Assembly: GCA_003971905.1 (NCBI GenBank)
Contig: RSEE01000076.1
Coordinates: forward strand, 62,001-126,000
Direction of reading: 5' to 3'
DNA length: 64,000 nt
Origin: Moniliella sp. 'wahieum'
Taxonomy: Eukaryota
Under the pieces are notes generated by a model. The model had not been told where the DNA came from and did not search any database. It saw nothing but the letters and a program-made list of their open reading frames with translations. Each line of letters starts with the position of its first letter. Position 1 is the stretch's first letter. Of this stretch, positions 60,239 to 64,000 are shown one piece after another. Position numbers and translations under genes: made by a program.

Positions 60239-60649
60239 ATGGGCCGATCAGCCAAGACGTACAAGAAGCCAGTCCGTCCCCCTCCCTCTTGCGTGCGATA
60301 CGAGAAACTGACCGCAGTGTATGCAGACACGCGCCCAGCGTGCCGCCTCCTCCGCCTCCCTTGCCGCCCGCGCCCCGCCCGGCCGCACCCCCAGCACAGC
60401 ACGAACCAAGACCGCGCCCCCTGTCCCCGCTGCTGCAGCGGCAGGTGTAGCGGCAGCACGCACCACCAAGCCTCCTGCCCCATCTAACCCCGCCCCCGCC
60501 GCACAGCCGCCCTTGGCCCACATAAGGCTGCGTACGCCGCCGCCTTGGCCCAGGGTATTCGCACTCCCCGCCAGGCCGGCGTGGATTATCTCGCCCAATG
60601 GGAGGGCAAGAGCTCAAAGGGTTCCAAGAGCAAGTCTAGGAAGAGGTAA
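60239..60649 (+). CDS. Small basic hypothetical protein (MGRSAK... / GVDYL motif); intron 60272-60326; one frameshift
   Basis: ATG 60239 MGRSAKTYKKP | GTCCGT..CTGAC..CAG | TRAQRAA...; a shifted frame gives GVDYLAQWEGKSSKGSKSKSRKR*. Confidence 0.6.
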
Positions 60650-60712
60650 GCGCTAAGCGCTTGGTATTTTCTTCACTGCTCTGCTCTGCTCTGCTCTGCT
60701 CTGCTCTGCTTT

Positions 60713-61165
60713 GGGCTACATTACCCGTTCCCTCGCTCCTTGGTCAACTTTGCTTTCCTGCCTTGGTCCTGCTGGTTTGAGAAAAGATAGGGGTGACGGG
60801 GACAGGTCAAGAACCATGCATTCATCATTGCGCCGCAGATGGGCGGTGCGGTGCGGATCGGCTTTTATGTTTGGACAGGAAATAGGCAACAGACCTTTTT
60901 CGAGGAACGGAATGCCCGTCAGCGTACCCCCTCCCTACTTCTTCACTAACTTCTTCTCTATGAGAGGTGTCATAGTCGATGTCATCTTCCAGTCCTCCAC
61001 CACCACCCCTACTTAGGCGGTAGGGTAGGCCCTTACGCCACTCGTACCCCAGTACCGGTATTCGTCTCAGACCCGGTCTGCTCGTCCCATTGTCCCCGCC
61101 CTGCCTCTGTCCTGCCGGCCTTGTCACGGCGCGCACCCGCCTACCCGCCGGCCTCTCAGACAACC
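60713..61165 (+). ncRNA. Candidate structured non-coding RNA, class unknown
   Basis: About 34 nested base pairs between 60713-60762 and 60873-60917; inner 11-bp hairpin with G-U pairs; second domain closed by 60961-60968/61151-61158 and followed by ACA-NNN. Confidence 0.35.
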
Positions 61166-61250
61166 GTGGATCCGTTGGCCCTTGACGTGTAGGAGTGGTG
61201 GTGGTGGGTTATCCAGCAAAGTAAAAAGTGGAAATCCCACCAAAAAGAAA

Positions 61251-61321
61251 TGGACGAACAGGGAATTGAACCCCGGACCTCATGCATGCTAAGCAAGCGC
61301 TCTACCCTGAGCTATCCGCCC
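61251..61321 (-). tRNA. tRNA-Ala(AGC), intronless
   Basis: Acceptor stem GGGCGGA/TTCGTCC with G3:U70, anticodon loop TTAGCAT, T-loop TTCAATT, T-run downstream; D-loop looks one base short (possible indel). Confidence 0.92.
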
Positions 61322-61812
61322 TTGTATGTTCAGCTGGTTTAAGTTTCCTAACTTCCACACCACTTATTGAGATCACGTTCAACACAGTCACATCCAGCAA
61401 TAAGGCCTGAGGGATATCATCCTACCACACTTCTATAGCGGGCCGCTCTATCGCTCTCACTTGACCTCGGCCGTCGCACCTTTCTCCCGGGAGAAACCCT
61501 GCGTGGCTGGCCAAACAGCATTGCCAAACACGGGCATGGAGGCTAGCTATATACCCCTATTGGTACGTGTGCGTGTTCTGCATCGCATCGTTTGCTGCAG
61601 GGGTCGAAATTACGGGGCGGATTTTCAGTCGACAAGGTGGACAGAGATGGTAGACAACGCCCCCGACCGCCCAGAAAGAGGGGGGGGCGGTCATCCGCTC
61701 GTGAAGGCTTCCGGTTTCGGCCAAGACGCCGCAAGTGGAGCAGCGCCCCTCTCAGGGGCTTTTCCGCGCATCGCACTCACGCGGAGAGGGGTTTGCGCCC
61801 GTGCGTCTCAGG

Positions 61813-61819
61813 TATATAA
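61813..61819 (+). promoter_or_regulatory. TATA box of GAPDH
   Basis: TATATAA ~110 bp upstream of ATG 61926, followed by a C/A-rich leader. Confidence 0.6.
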
Positions 61820-61925
61820 TTCTCGTTTCGCCGACCCTTGGCAACCAACAACACCACCCTCTTGCCCACCAGTTCCACACAGCACCTACCCCCTCACCTC
61901 CCATACCGTCCAACACACCACCATT

Positions 61926-63046
<1,121 letters not shown>

Positions 63047-64000
63047 AAAGTAACTAAGCCGGTTGTGAAAGGCTATTTTGGGGCTCCTCTTCTCATTCCC
63101 AATTGATGGCATGGTAAGACAAAGACAACAGCGCAAGCTGCTCTCAGATCCCACCATGGGTGTGATATACTAAGAGGATTGGGCGCATCTCAACACGCTA
63201 AAGAGGAAGGGGCATGTTAGTTGTCGTAGTCATCTCAGATAGATCCGCCATCCCTATTACTGTCCCAGCGGACTCATAGGATACGCTCAATGAACGTACT
63301 GAACGACGACTACTAGTACAGACGGCGGAAGAATGATGAAAAGCCCCACCACGCGCTCGCGCACACAAGTGGTGTTGGAGTGACTCGTAGCATCACATGT
63401 GACTTGCCAGCCTGAGAGCATTCTTTTACCTTCGCCAAAAGGTAGCCAGTGATTCTCAGATTTTGAACGTCTCGGCCTGTTTATGGTCATCATCTCGAAA
63501 TGGATCCATCATGCTCGATAGGGCACATTTTTCTCGAATCACAGCTACAACAATAGGATGGGATGGACTGCATCCTAAGGAAGGAAGAAAGATGGATCAC
63601 TTTCCAAGCATTCGTTTTCTTTTATGCTTCCGGCCTCATCCTACTACGCCATTGGATGCCAGCCTCGTGTCTTGTTTCTTGCTTCATTTGGATCGTCAAC
63701 GTCGTCAACTCTGTCAACAGGTAATACCTCAATGGTCCAACAAGCAGGAGGTGCGATGACACAGATGCATTGTATTCTCGTAGTAGGCACATATGCCTTC
63801 GTCTCCGTAGATATATATTATCAACACAGGATGTTGGAGGTAGATGAGGTCGATTAAGACCCGACCAAGACAGGGCCATGACAACGAGAGAGAGGAGTTT
63901 AGTACCCAAAGAGCTCTTCGTCCAATACAATCTCCTTGACCGACTTTTTCTGGCCGAGAAGGAGAGACAGATTCTCCCTCGCCGTCGCTGACGAGACAGC

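Overview
Eukaryotic, GC-rich fungal DNA. The gene content and the short GT-AG introns (mostly GTACGT donors, CTAAC/CTGAC branch points) point to a basidiomycete, probably Ustilaginomycotina; this is an inference. About 20 protein genes can be recognised from motifs: PUS1, CRIPT, KRE6/SKN1, SAP/PP6R, a KH-domain RNA-binding protein, a CoA-binding protein, glucosylceramide synthase, UBC7, SCT1/GPT2, an Msb2-like mucin, a bHLH factor, FMP32/CCDC90, RIT1, an amidase, DPH1, AIM25 scramblase, ARH1, an Amt/Mep transporter, a coiled-coil tail-anchored protein, a small MGRSAK protein and GAPDH. There are three tRNA genes (Gly-TCC and Asp-GTC with introns, Ala-AGC without). Nearly every gene is broken by 1-bp indels, most likely unpolished long-read errors, so CDS limits are reconstructed by eye. 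A lower-GC, gene-free island (~5.2-10.1 kb) holds two inverted ~160-bp solo LTRs, each with its own 5-bp target-site duplication. Best leads: (1) a recurring intergenic grammar of TCA/TGA half-sites at 7-bp period with interchangeable, often palindromic 4-bp spacers; (2) a tail-anchored protein with a TRAK/HAP1-type CC1 box, a candidate membrane dynein adaptor; (3) an intronless, bacterial-looking amidase ending in a PTS1-like AHL; (4) periodic PWW motifs in the Msb2-like mucin stalk; (5) three unannotated structured-RNA candidates. No CRISPR array or rRNA was seen.
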